A stretch of 64,000 nucleotides of DNA, taken from Oceanispirochaeta sp. (lineage in GTDB: Bacteria; Spirochaetota; Spirochaetia; DSM-2461). This document shows, in pieces, positions 9,589-18,578 of this stretch. The stretch covers positions 1,408,001 through 1,472,000 of the forward strand of contig CAXXXD010000002.1 of NCBI GenBank assembly GCA_963663385.2, in the 5' to 3' direction. Each line of letters starts with the position of its first letter. Position 1 is the stretch's first letter. The notes beneath the pieces are model-generated. The model was not told the origin of the DNA. It saw nothing but the letters and a program-made list of their open reading frames with translations, and did not search any database. A program made the position numbers and the translations under genes.

Positions 9589-11028
9589 TTAAGCTCTTAA
9601 CAACTCCTCAAGCAGTTCCTTCAGTTCCACCCGGGCGAAGTTCGAGAAACTGTCGGACATGGCGTAAGGGATAACCAGCCATCCGTTATGGATAAGGGAA
9701 CCGCAGCTGTAGAGTACATTGGGAACATACCCGCTCCTTTCCTCTTCGTTGGGCGTCATTAGAGGTTTTTTCAGGGATCCGATAACCTTTGTGGGATCCT
9801 TAAGATCCAGCAGTATGGCCCCCAGGTAGTAGGTCCGGACCGGACCTACCCCATGGGTCAGGACGAGCCAGCCCTCAGCTGTTTTCATGGGAGATCCGCA
9901 GTTGCCAAGCTGAATCAGTTCCCAGTCTTCATGGGGTATTGCTATAAGGGAAGGGTTCTCCCACATCTTGATATTATCCGAGAATACCACGTAGATATTC
10001 TCATTATCCAGACGGGAAAGCATGGCATATCTGCCGCCGATTTTTTCCGGAAAGATAGCCATTCCCTTGTTTTTGGCCGCATCCCCATGGAGGGAGGATA
10101 CTGTAAAATGGATAAAATCCCGTGTTTCGATCAACTGGGGGATTATGGCGCTGCCGTTAAATGCGGTATAGGTGGCATAATACAGGCAGTGCCTTTCCTC
10201 AGGATCTTCGAAGCAGACAAAACGGGCATCCTCCAGCCCTTTCTTTTCACTCTTGGATACGGGAAAGATGACTCTGCTTGAAATGTCCGTTTTGGAATGA
10301 AAGGCCATGGAATAATTTGAACTGGCCAGCAGATTCATGGTATCAATGATTTTTGCTTTGCCCCGGTCTTTGCTGTTCTCTTCGTAATTCTGAATAGCTT
10401 CATCCAGTTCTTCCCGGGAAAAGTGGGCTATCAGTTCATTCAATATGGGTGCGGCTTTTTCTGTCAGTCCTGCTTCATCCAGGGAGAGCAGGAACTCGTC
10501 TTTGCTGTAGAGGGTGGACTTGCGGATGGTTGCCTGCTCAATGAGACATTTATTTTCCTCTATGGTTATACTTCCGTCTGCGTGGACGATACCAGGGCGG
10601 AACACAATGGAGGAAATGTGTCCTTCTCCTACAGCACGGAAACTGACTATGACCCTAAGCTCATCCTTTTCTATTCCGCTTTGAACGGGGTGGGGGACAA
10701 TGGAAGGATTAAACAGGGCGGCTGATTCCACACTGTACTCCATGGTGAAATAGGAACCTATCAGAAGTTTCTGATTCAGAGTCGTCTCCTGTTTGATATA
10801 ATGACTGACTGTGTTGTAATTATCCTTGAAGATCCTCTCTATATCACGGTGACGGTTTTTAAAACGTTCAAATACTTCATCAAGAAGTTGCTCCGTCTCC
10901 TTTTTATCTTTTTCGAGGAGCCGCTCTATGATACGCCTTTCCCTGTCCGGATTATCAATAGTGAAGTATTTCGCAATGACCCGGCGGTAATTGGGAGATA
11001 ACTTCTCATTAGATCGAATAACATTCAT
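9589..11028 (-). CDS. GH130-related protein with N-terminal extension
   Basis: EYSVESAALFNPSIVPHP, RAVGEGHISS, GLEDARF, NKGMAIFP, QLGNCGSP, GYVPNVLYSCG. Confidence 0.85.
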   Translation of the reverse strand: MNVIRSNEKLSPNYRRVIAKYFTIDNPDRERRIIERLLEKDKKETEQLLDEVFERFKNRHRDIERIFKDNYNTVSHYIKQETTLNQKLLIGSYFTMEYSVESAALFNPSIVPHPVQSGIEKDELRVIVSFRAVGEGHISSIVFRPGIVHADGSITIEENKCLIEQATIRKSTLYSKDEFLLSLDEAGLTEKAAPILNELIAHFSREELDEAIQNYEENSKDRGKAKIIDTMNLLASSNYSMAFHSKTDISSRVIFPVSKSEKKGLEDARFVCFEDPEERHCLYYATYTAFNGSAIIPQLIETRDFIHFTVSSLHGDAAKNKGMAIFPEKIGGRYAMLSRLDNENIYVVFSDNIKMWENPSLIAIPHEDWELIQLGNCGSPMKTAEGWLVLTHGVGPVRTYYLGAILLDLKDPTKVIGSLKKPLMTPNEEERSGYVPNVLYSCGSLIHNGWLVIPYAMSDSFSNFARVELKELLEELLRA

Positions 11029-11113
11029 AACTCAATTATATTTCATCTTTGTATGATTTGAAAAAAAAAGATGCTTTATACCCAGTTAAAATGACCCGAA
11101 TACTTCCGGCAAT

Positions 11114-11156
11114 TTGACAGACCGTAAAATGATTTCTATAATTGCACACGTTTGCA
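11114..11156 (+). promoter_or_regulatory. Consensus sigma70 promoter plus LacI-type operator
   Basis: TTGACA (11114-11119)-N17-TATAAT (11137-11142), followed directly by the palindrome TGCACACGTTTGCA (11143-11156). Confidence 0.8.
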
Positions 11157-11178
11157 GCGATTTGTCTGAGGAGGAACC

Positions 11179-12219
11179 ATGAGAACGGGACGTTCTCTTA
11201 CTATCAAGGATATTGCCGAGCTGGCAGGAGTCAGCCATTCCACCGTATCCAGGGCCCTGAATAACAGTTCCCTGGTTAATGAGAACACACGATTGAAAAT
11301 CCAGAAGATTGCCCGGGAGAGGAACTTCGCCTTTAATGCCAGCGCCCGAAGCCTGAGCAGAAGGGAAACCGGGGTTATCGGTGTTATATACATGACGGGG
11401 CTGGATGTTTTTGGAGCATCTCTGTATGCCGCACAGTTGTTTCAGGAATTGCGGCACTGCCTTGAACGCTATCAGCTTGATCCCATACTTCTGGAAGCGT
11501 ATGATCCGGTAAGCGGGCAGAGCAATATCAGGCGTCTTTTGATTCAGAATAAAGTGGATGCCTTTCTGCTGATTCACTCCTATATACGGGAAGAGGATTA
11601 CAGACAGCTGGAAGAGAGCGGTTTGCCGGTGGTTCAACTTCATGCTGTCGGACGGAATCCTTCCCGGAATAATCTGGATTTTTTCATTACTGATAATGTT
11701 CTGGGTGGAAAACTGGCGGCTGCACACCTTATAGAGAGGGGCTGCCGGCGGATACTCACTCTGACTGTAAGAGAAGAAAATGACAGTAACCGGGAGTTCG
11801 AGAGGCGGACACAGGGGTTCCTTCAGGGAGTGAAAGAGAGTCCGTTATCTGTTCTTTCAGAAGTAAGAACGCTTCAAAGCTGTTCTTATAGGGAGTGTTA
11901 CGCATTTATTAAGGAACATAAAGCTTTGATAGAACAAACGGATGGACTGTTTCTTCAGGCTGATATCCTTGCTTTCGCTGCCGTTTCGGCCCTGAATGAG
12001 ATAGGCATTCCGGTTCCGGGAAGCATAAGGCTGATCGGCTATGATGATACGGCAGCGTGTCTGATGACAGAGCCCGAAATTACCACGATCCATCAGCCTA
12101 AGGAAGAACTCTGCCGGCAGGCCTGCGAACACCTCTTCAGAAAAATGAAAGGGAAAGGTGAGGAAGATTCCAAACAGGTTCGACTGGAACCCTATGTGAT
12201 TCAGCGGGGATCCTCCTGA
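11179..12219 (+). CDS. LacI family transcriptional regulator
   Basis: LTIKDIAELAGVSHSTVSRALN HTH, IGYDD, TTIHQP. Confidence 0.95.
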   Translation: MRTGRSLTIKDIAELAGVSHSTVSRALNNSSLVNENTRLKIQKIARERNFAFNASARSLSRRETGVIGVIYMTGLDVFGASLYAAQLFQELRHCLERYQLDPILLEAYDPVSGQSNIRRLLIQNKVDAFLLIHSYIREEDYRQLEESGLPVVQLHAVGRNPSRNNLDFFITDNVLGGKLAAAHLIERGCRRILTLTVREENDSNREFERRTQGFLQGVKESPLSVLSEVRTLQSCSYRECYAFIKEHKALIEQTDGLFLQADILAFAAVSALNEIGIPVPGSIRLIGYDDTAACLMTEPEITTIHQPKEELCRQACEHLFRKMKGKGEEDSKQVRLEPYVIQRGSS

Positions 12220-12244
12220 ATGACTACACTAGAGACTTGTTATG

Positions 12245-12283
12245 ATAACCGAATAGACGGGGCAGACCCGTCTATTCGGTTAT
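12245..12283. terminator. Hairpin between convergent genes, probably a bidirectional terminator
   Basis: Perfect 17-bp stem ATAACCGAATAGACGGG/CCCGTCTATTCGGTTAT with a 5-nt loop. Confidence 0.75.
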
Positions 12284-12291
12284 TACAGAAT

Positions 12292-13392
12292 TTATCCCTT
12301 GACCGAACCGGCCATAAGGCCCCGGACAAAGAATCTCTGGAGGCTGAAGAATACAGCCAGAGGCAGGATCATACTCATAAAGGCTCCTGATGTTAACAGA
12401 TGCCAATCCTGACCCTTTTCACCAACCATGGCAGCCAGGGCGCTTGTAACAACCCTGTTTTTATCTCCCAGAAAAACAAGTGCTACCAGGTAGTCATTCC
12501 ATACCCAGAGGAACTGGAAGATGGCAAAGCTGGCCAGCGCCGGTATGGAGAGGGGCAGTACAAGCCTGACAAAAGTCGTAAAGGGCGTTGCCCCGTCCAG
12601 GTAGGCGGACTCGAAAATATCCCGGGGCAGGTTGCTGATATAGTTATACAGCAGATAAACCGCCAGGGGCAGACCGAACCCCGTGTGAGCCAGCCACATA
12701 CAGACAAAGGTGCCCGTAATACCCCATCGGGTAAAGTCCCGGAGAATGGGAATCAGGGCAATCTGAAGGGGAACAACCAGAAGGGCCACTATCATGATAA
12801 ACAGGGGTTTCCGTCCGGGGAATTCCATCCAGGCAAAGGCATAGGCCGCAAAAGCCGCTATAAGGATGGGAATGATGGTGGCAGGGATACTGACGGCAAT
12901 GGAGTTTAATACGGCATCGGAAAAATTATTTCCCTGCCTGGAGATCGTATTGCCCTGAGCATCTGTAAACTCAACCGTACCGGCGGAAAGTACATCCCTA
13001 TAGTTCTGTAGGGTCAGATTGGCACCGAATCCAATCCATTTCTCTTCAAATGTTTCTATCTTGCGGGACCGTTTATTTCCATACCATTTAAAGGACCGGC
13101 CTTCTTCCATCAGAATCCCGTTACGCCATTCTTCAAAGCTGGCGGTATGCCCCTCAATTTCAATAGGGGCATTGGGATCCGTCTCTGCAGGGAGTTCGAA
13201 TTCACCTGTTTTTACCCAGTCCCTGTGGGGGAGTACGGACCACCATCCGGAAGCGTAGATATCGCTGGATTCTCTGAATGAAGTGACAAATACGCCCAGC
13301 GTGGGAATGGTCCAGACCAGTACGATAAATATAAGTACTATTCCGACAGCTAAACGGGCGGGAGTAAATTTCTTTTCTTCTTTATGGCTCAT
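12292..13392 (-). CDS. Carbohydrate ABC transporter permease (AglG-like)
   Basis: EAA-type motif ESAYLDGA, FQFLWVWND, RFFVRGLMAGSVKG. Confidence 0.92.
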   Translation of the reverse strand: MSHKEEKKFTPARLAVGIVLIFIVLVWTIPTLGVFVTSFRESSDIYASGWWSVLPHRDWVKTGEFELPAETDPNAPIEIEGHTASFEEWRNGILMEEGRSFKWYGNKRSRKIETFEEKWIGFGANLTLQNYRDVLSAGTVEFTDAQGNTISRQGNNFSDAVLNSIAVSIPATIIPILIAAFAAYAFAWMEFPGRKPLFIMIVALLVVPLQIALIPILRDFTRWGITGTFVCMWLAHTGFGLPLAVYLLYNYISNLPRDIFESAYLDGATPFTTFVRLVLPLSIPALASFAIFQFLWVWNDYLVALVFLGDKNRVVTSALAAMVGEKGQDWHLLTSGAFMSMILPLAVFFSLQRFFVRGLMAGSVKG

Positions 13393-14471
13393 TTCAGCAC
13401 CTTCCTTCCCCGGAATTCTTTCAGATTGTAAGCCAGGACCGGAATAATAACGATCAGAAGGATTACAGCAATGGCCGAAGCCTGGCCGGAATGCCCGTAG
13501 GTAAACTGTCTGAGGTAAAACTCGTTGGCAATAACATTGGTTCCGAAGTTCCCTCCGGTCATTACACGTACAATATCAAACAGTTTGAGGCTGAATATCA
13601 GAATAGTAGTGGTAACCGTAACAATTGTAGGCATTATGGAAGGGATTGTTATTCTGAAAAAGATAATAAAGGCATTCGCTCCGTCAACACGGGCAGCTTC
13701 ATTGATCTCCTCGGGAATGGCTTTTATGGCAGATGACAGGATAACCATGGCATACCCGGTCTGAAGCCATACCATTATGGCAATTAAAAAGAAGTTATTC
13801 CAGAAAGGCATCAGGAGCCAGGCCTGAGCATCACCGCCAAGGGCTGTCACAATGGCATTGAGAAGGCCGATTTCCGTAACGTTTACTCCCTCTCCTTTAT
13901 AGGCGTAAACAAACTTCCATATTACACCTGCTCCGACAAAGGAGATGGCCATAGGCATGAATATAAGTGATTTAAACAGCTTTTCCTGTCTGGACTTGTC
14001 GGCCAGAACGGCAATAATGATCCCCAGGGATACGCAGAAAAAGGTTCCGAATATCATCCATAACAGGTTGTTTCGAAAGCTCTCCAGCATAATGGGGTCT
14101 GAAAAAGCAAATATGTAGTTATCGAGGAAAACGAACTCCTGTCCGTTGGCTCCCATAAAGCTTAAATGGAGGGATCTCAGGGTCGGTACGACCAGAGCCC
14201 ATACAAGAATGATTACCGCAGGTCCCGCAAAGACTACGGCTACTGCAATGGATCGAATTTTATGAGGCATCGACTGGGCAATGCTGTTCATTACATAAAA
14301 AAGCAGGGCTACAGATCCCAGTCCCCAGATAACGGCGAACAGGGTCATAAGAACTTTATTGTTCTGCATATTCTGCAGAAGGAAAAAGCCTCCGATCAAA
14401 ACAAACAGAGTCACTATTATCTCTGCTATCAGTACGACAGGCTTCCACCTGGATTGGACAATCCGGCCCAT
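13389..14471 (-). CDS. Carbohydrate ABC transporter permease (AglF-like)
   Basis: FMPMAISFVGAGVIWKFVY, EAARVDGA. Start placed at MGRIVQ after an AGGAG RBS. Confidence 0.9.
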   Translation of the reverse strand: MGRIVQSRWKPVVLIAEIIVTLFVLIGGFFLLQNMQNNKVLMTLFAVIWGLGSVALLFYVMNSIAQSMPHKIRSIAVAVVFAGPAVIILVWALVVPTLRSLHLSFMGANGQEFVFLDNYIFAFSDPIMLESFRNNLLWMIFGTFFCVSLGIIIAVLADKSRQEKLFKSLIFMPMAISFVGAGVIWKFVYAYKGEGVNVTEIGLLNAIVTALGGDAQAWLLMPFWNNFFLIAIMVWLQTGYAMVILSSAIKAIPEEINEAARVDGANAFIIFFRITIPSIMPTIVTVTTTILIFSLKLFDIVRVMTGGNFGTNVIANEFYLRQFTYGHSGQASAIAVILLIVIIPVLAYNLKEFRGRKVLK

Positions 14472-14533
14472 GTTTTTCTCCTTTTTATGGTACTTGTGAA
14501 TTAAGAGCTGATACAGATATCCGGCTGATGTTT

Positions 14534-14628
14534 CCTTATCCCTGCCCTTTCTCCTGAATAGGAGAAGGGGATCAGTACCCTCTCCTCCGATCTGAGTTAA
14601 CTCAACAGGAGGAGAGGGCTGGGAGGGA
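14534..14628. repeat. REP-like double-hairpin element between the binding-protein and permease genes
   Basis: Two GC-rich hairpins (14545-14569, 14578-14618) inside outer complementary arms; related copy at 41591-41663. Confidence 0.6.
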
Positions 14629-14676
14629 GCAGGAAAACCCAGGATACTGCAGTCTATAGCTCCCAAATTAAAGGAA

Positions 14677-16008
14677 TTACTCAGGCCAGGAAGAATCGAT
14701 GGCTTTCAGAGATTCGTCCAGAGATTTTGCCCCGGAAACATAGGCGGTCATTTCCTTCCAGAAGGATCCGGCTCCAACGGCACCGGGCATCAGGTCTGAA
14801 CCGTCAAAACGGACGCTTGTAGCATTCTGGATAATTTCCGCAACTTTTCTGTCTACATCATTTGTATACCAGCTCAGCTGTGAGTCCTTATGGGGAGAGA
14901 TGGCTCCGCCCGCTTTAACCCAGCCTTCTACAGAAGCGCCGGTAGCAAAATGCTGCATTACCATTCTGACTTCGGGTCTGTCGTTGAACATGGCATAAAT
15001 ATCGCCTGCAACCAGAACGGGGCGTCCCAGAGAAGGATCTACAGAAGGCAGGTAGAAAAAGTCATAGTCTGTTCCGGCAACCAGGTTGTCCGGAAAGAAG
15101 GATGTAATGAAGTTTCCCTGTTTGTGCAGCCAGGCTTTGGGGGGATTCTCGAACATTACCTTGGGCGCGTCTCCGAAACTGGTTGTGGCAATTCCCGTGC
15201 GTCCGCCGTATACCATACCGTCTGCAAACCAGATATCAGTCATGGCTTTTATGGCTTTTCTAACCTCCGGTGAGTCGAACTTCAGTTCACCGGCAACCCA
15301 CTTGTCGTAGTTTTCAAGGCTGGTTGTTCTAAGCATCATCTCTTCGATCCAGTCTGTTGCGGCCCAGCCGGTTGCGGCACCGGATTCGATCCCTACTGCC
15401 CAGGGGCTGTCGCCATCGGATAGAATCGTGTTCTGCAGAGCCACCAGTTCCTCCCAGGTTTCGGGAACTTTGTAACCGGCTGCATCAAATTCTTTCTTGT
15501 TGTACCATACAAGGGATTTTCCATTTACACGGCCCCAGATCCCGGCCATGATATCTCCGCCGGGAGATGCCATAGTGGCCATGTCGAGCCAGCTCTGGAT
15601 ATAGTTGGATTTGACTTTTGACATATCCAGGACTTTGTTAAGGTCGACAACATACCCTTTTGCTACAAAGTTTTTCAGTAAACCGGGCTGGGGAAAGTCC
15701 ACGATATCGGGGGGATTCCCGCCTTCTACGCTGATTCCGATGGAAGCTTCAAATTCCTTGGAACCTTCATACTGAATATCAATGCCGGTCATCTCTTCAA
15801 AGGGTTTGATGGACTCTTCGAATTTAATGGCATCATTGTCTGTAAAAGGACCGGCCATTGTAACAACTTTTCCTCTTACATCAGCGTAGGGATCGTCTGC
15901 TGCGGGGGCAGCTTTTTCCTCAACAACGGTTTCTTTTTTACTGCAGCCTGTAAAAAAGAATGTACCGATCAGCAATACTGAAATTGCTGCCAATAGTGAT
16001 TTTTTCAT
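14677..16008 (-). CDS. Carbohydrate ABC substrate-binding lipoprotein (AglE-like)
   Basis: Signal peptide with lipobox FFFTGC; GNPPDIVDFPQPG, KSLVWY, GIESGAATGW, RFDGSDLMPGAVG. Start at MKKSLL. Confidence 0.9.
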   Translation of the reverse strand: MKKSLLAAISVLLIGTFFFTGCSKKETVVEEKAAPAADDPYADVRGKVVTMAGPFTDNDAIKFEESIKPFEEMTGIDIQYEGSKEFEASIGISVEGGNPPDIVDFPQPGLLKNFVAKGYVVDLNKVLDMSKVKSNYIQSWLDMATMASPGGDIMAGIWGRVNGKSLVWYNKKEFDAAGYKVPETWEELVALQNTILSDGDSPWAVGIESGAATGWAATDWIEEMMLRTTSLENYDKWVAGELKFDSPEVRKAIKAMTDIWFADGMVYGGRTGIATTSFGDAPKVMFENPPKAWLHKQGNFITSFFPDNLVAGTDYDFFYLPSVDPSLGRPVLVAGDIYAMFNDRPEVRMVMQHFATGASVEGWVKAGGAISPHKDSQLSWYTNDVDRKVAEIIQNATSVRFDGSDLMPGAVGAGSFWKEMTAYVSGAKSLDESLKAIDSSWPE

Positions 16009-16056
16009 AAATATACTCCTTTCCTGAACGGCCGCGGGGACCGCAGAATCCAAAAG

Positions 16057-17070
16057 TTAGGTGGTGCCTCTCTCTACGAGGCCGACTTGAAGGTTTATTT
16101 TCTGAATAGCACTGCTCTCTCCTGCCATCCCTTCAAGGAGAAGACCCGCGGCTATCCGTCCGGAATCTTCCAGATGCTGGGAAATGGTAGACAGTTCTAT
16201 CCAGTCAGCAGCTTCAATATCATCAAAACCCAATACGGCCAGTTCTTCAGGAATCCGGATCCCTCTTTCCCTGGCCGCTTTTATAATGCCTATGGCCTGG
16301 ACATCAGACATGGCGAAAATAGCCCTTGGGCAGGTGTTCTTGTCAAGATATTCACTGAACACTCTTAAAGCATCAGACACTATGGTGTTGGATTCAAGAA
16401 CCATTGTATTTTTTATATCTTTTTTATGCTCGGACAGTTTGTCCTTGAAACCTTTCAGCCTGGCATCAGAGGGGTGGCAGCTGTAGGAGAGGGAGTGGTT
16501 GATATCTCCCATAAAAGCACAGGGCAGATAATTCTTTTTCAGGAAAAGTTCAGCCGCAATCTGACCGCCTCTGTAGTCATCTGCCAAAACCCTCGAATAG
16601 TTATCATCATCCGATTCAACCATAACCACATTCAGTCCTGATGCTTTCAGTGTCCTGTGCTGTTCCGCCGTAAGGTTTACAGACATCAGAATCAATCCGT
16701 CGATTCGTCTTGTGAAGGGTACGGAAGTCAGGTACTCATCCAGTTGATCAGCACCTTCGATGGTGTAAATGATCACTTCAAAATTATTCTGTCTGAGTGG
16801 GGATATGACTCCCTCAAGGCGCTCAACAAAGGAAGGCGCCGGAAAAAAAGGTGTCAGAACACCAACACGCCCAACTGACCGGCTTGCACGGCTTCCGGTA
16901 TTGCCCTGCGGGATGTAGTCCAGCTCCTCCATTGCCAGAGAAATAGCCCTTCCCGTGGATTCCTTAACGCTTTCCGCATTATTCAGATACCGGGAAACAG
17001 TAGTAATGCTAACTCCGGCATGAGATGCTACATCATATATTGTTGATCTATTCCCGTTTGCTTTTTTCAA
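16057..17070 (-). CDS. LacI family transcriptional regulator
   Basis: STIYDVASHAGVSITTVSRYLN HTH, LGFDD, LSTISQ. Confidence 0.95.
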   Translation of the reverse strand: MKKANGNRSTIYDVASHAGVSITTVSRYLNNAESVKESTGRAISLAMEELDYIPQGNTGSRASRSVGRVGVLTPFFPAPSFVERLEGVISPLRQNNFEVIIYTIEGADQLDEYLTSVPFTRRIDGLILMSVNLTAEQHRTLKASGLNVVMVESDDDNYSRVLADDYRGGQIAAELFLKKNYLPCAFMGDINHSLSYSCHPSDARLKGFKDKLSEHKKDIKNTMVLESNTIVSDALRVFSEYLDKNTCPRAIFAMSDVQAIGIIKAARERGIRIPEELAVLGFDDIEAADWIELSTISQHLEDSGRIAAGLLLEGMAGESSAIQKINLQVGLVERGTT

Positions 17071-17094
17071 TTATTCACCAATGTTAATCAAAAT

Positions 17095-17110
17095 ATGAAA
17101 GAGCTTTCAT
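17095..17110. promoter_or_regulatory. LacI-type operator O1
   Basis: Near-perfect palindrome ATGAAAGAGCTTTCAT, 25 nt upstream of the lacI start. Confidence 0.65.
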
Positions 17111-17237
17111 TGGTATATCATAAGTCTTTTATTCAAATTCTGTCAATGAAATTGTTTCTCAAATGATTGTAACGGGATTTTTTCTGAAGTTTTTCGGGTT
17201 TTAAGCAGTTTTTTTATCCATAAACAGTGTTAATTAT

Positions 17238-17251
17238 TGAAAGATCTTTCA
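17238..17251. promoter_or_regulatory. LacI-type operator O2
   Basis: Perfect palindrome TGAAAGATCTTTCA, 13/14 identical to the O1 core. Confidence 0.6.
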
Positions 17252-17265
17252 TGAGGGGTCATAAT

Positions 17266-17291
17266 AAAAGGCTCCCCATCAGGAGAGCCTT
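17266..17291 (-). terminator. Rho-independent terminator after ygeY
   Basis: Minus strand AAGGCTCTCC-TGAT-GGGGAGCCTT followed by TTATT. Confidence 0.7.
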
Positions 17292-17311
17292 AATTATAAA
17301 TCGGAAAAATC

Positions 17312-18517
17312 TTATTTCAGTTTATAGGGGAGCATGGCATAAAATGCCGCACAGATTTCAAGGTCATCAATCCGGCACTTTTCATTGGGAGCATGGGCTT
17401 CTTTTTCATCTCCCGGACCGAATCCGATCATGGGAATCTTATGGCGGCCGCAGATGGCGACACCGTTTGTAGAGAAGGTCCACTTATCCACAACCGGATC
17501 CTTTCCGTAAAGGTCGTTATAGGCTGCAACCCCGCTTTCTACAAGTTCATGGTTCCTCTCTATTTTCCATGTGGGGAAATAGAGTTCCTGTGAATAATCC
17601 GTATTCTTCCAGCCTCTTTTTTCATAATCGGGCATGGTTACGGATTCAGGCTCCTCTCCCAGTGCTTCGGTGATGTATTTTTTAACCTGACGGATTGCCA
17701 GGTCCGCATCCTCACCCCAGGTAAGCCGACGGTCAAGGTAGAGCATCGCCTGATCGGGAACAGCACACTGGGAAGGGCCGCTGACTTTCATTTCAGAAAC
17801 AACAATCGTTCCTTTCCCAAGGAATCTATCATCATCGGGCTGAAGATCTGCGTTAAGTTTTTCCATGGCAAGAGCCGCTTTGGCTGCCTTGTATGCGGCA
17901 CTGTCCCCTCTTTCAGGGGCGGAACCATGGCTGGAAATTCCCTTGATTTTAACAACCATTTCCATCCTTCCGCGATGTCCTCTGTAAAGCTGGCAGCTGG
18001 TGGGTTCTGTAGAAACAGCGAAATCGGGAACCAGTTTCTCTTCTTCGATCAGGTATTTCCAGCACATGCCGTCACAGTCTTCCTCCATAACAGTGAAAGT
18101 AAAGTAAACAGAGTATTCTCCATCATACCCAAGGTCCTTGAGGATACGTCCCGCTGTAATCATGGAGGCGGCGCCGCCTTCCTGGTCGGATGTTCCCCGT
18201 CCCCAGACGTAGGTTTCGTCAATCTCTCCGGAAAAGGGATCCTTTTCCCAGTTGTCAGGGTTTCCGACAGTAACCGTATCGATATGGGCATCAAAGGCAA
18301 TTTTTTTCGGTCCGTTTCCGATACGGGCTACAACACTGCCCAAACCGTCAATCCTTACTTCATCAAAACCGGCTTCCTCGCAGAGTTCTACAATTTTCCG
18401 GCAGACATTCTCTTCTTCCCCGCTGTAGGAAGGAATTTTAACCATTTGGGAAAGTACATCTGCTGCGTACTGCTTGTATTCAGCTGCTTTCTCTCTAATC
18501 TGTTTCTCTATAGACAT
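17312..18517 (-). CDS. ygeY: YgeY family M20 metallohydrolase
   Basis: FDAHIDTV, GRGTSDQEGG, TVMEEDCDG, YRGHRGRME, WTFSTNGV, AHAPNE. Confidence 0.92.
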   Translation of the reverse strand: MSIEKQIREKAAEYKQYAADVLSQMVKIPSYSGEEENVCRKIVELCEEAGFDEVRIDGLGSVVARIGNGPKKIAFDAHIDTVTVGNPDNWEKDPFSGEIDETYVWGRGTSDQEGGAASMITAGRILKDLGYDGEYSVYFTFTVMEEDCDGMCWKYLIEEEKLVPDFAVSTEPTSCQLYRGHRGRMEMVVKIKGISSHGSAPERGDSAAYKAAKAALAMEKLNADLQPDDDRFLGKGTIVVSEMKVSGPSQCAVPDQAMLYLDRRLTWGEDADLAIRQVKKYITEALGEEPESVTMPDYEKRGWKNTDYSQELYFPTWKIERNHELVESGVAAYNDLYGKDPVVDKWTFSTNGVAICGRHKIPMIGFGPGDEKEAHAPNEKCRIDDLEICAAFYAMLPYKLK

Positions 18518-18578
18518 AGTTTTTTCTCCTTAGGATTATACCCTTTTACCGGGGCAATCCTGTATTTTTAGACAATTA

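Noticed and set aside
14472..14666. 65-aa N-terminal extension of the permease in the ORF track
   Set aside because: It reads through the repeat element; a good RBS precedes ATG 14471. Similar over-extensions were trimmed for GT4, rnfD, ssnA, the binding protein and PTS IIA.
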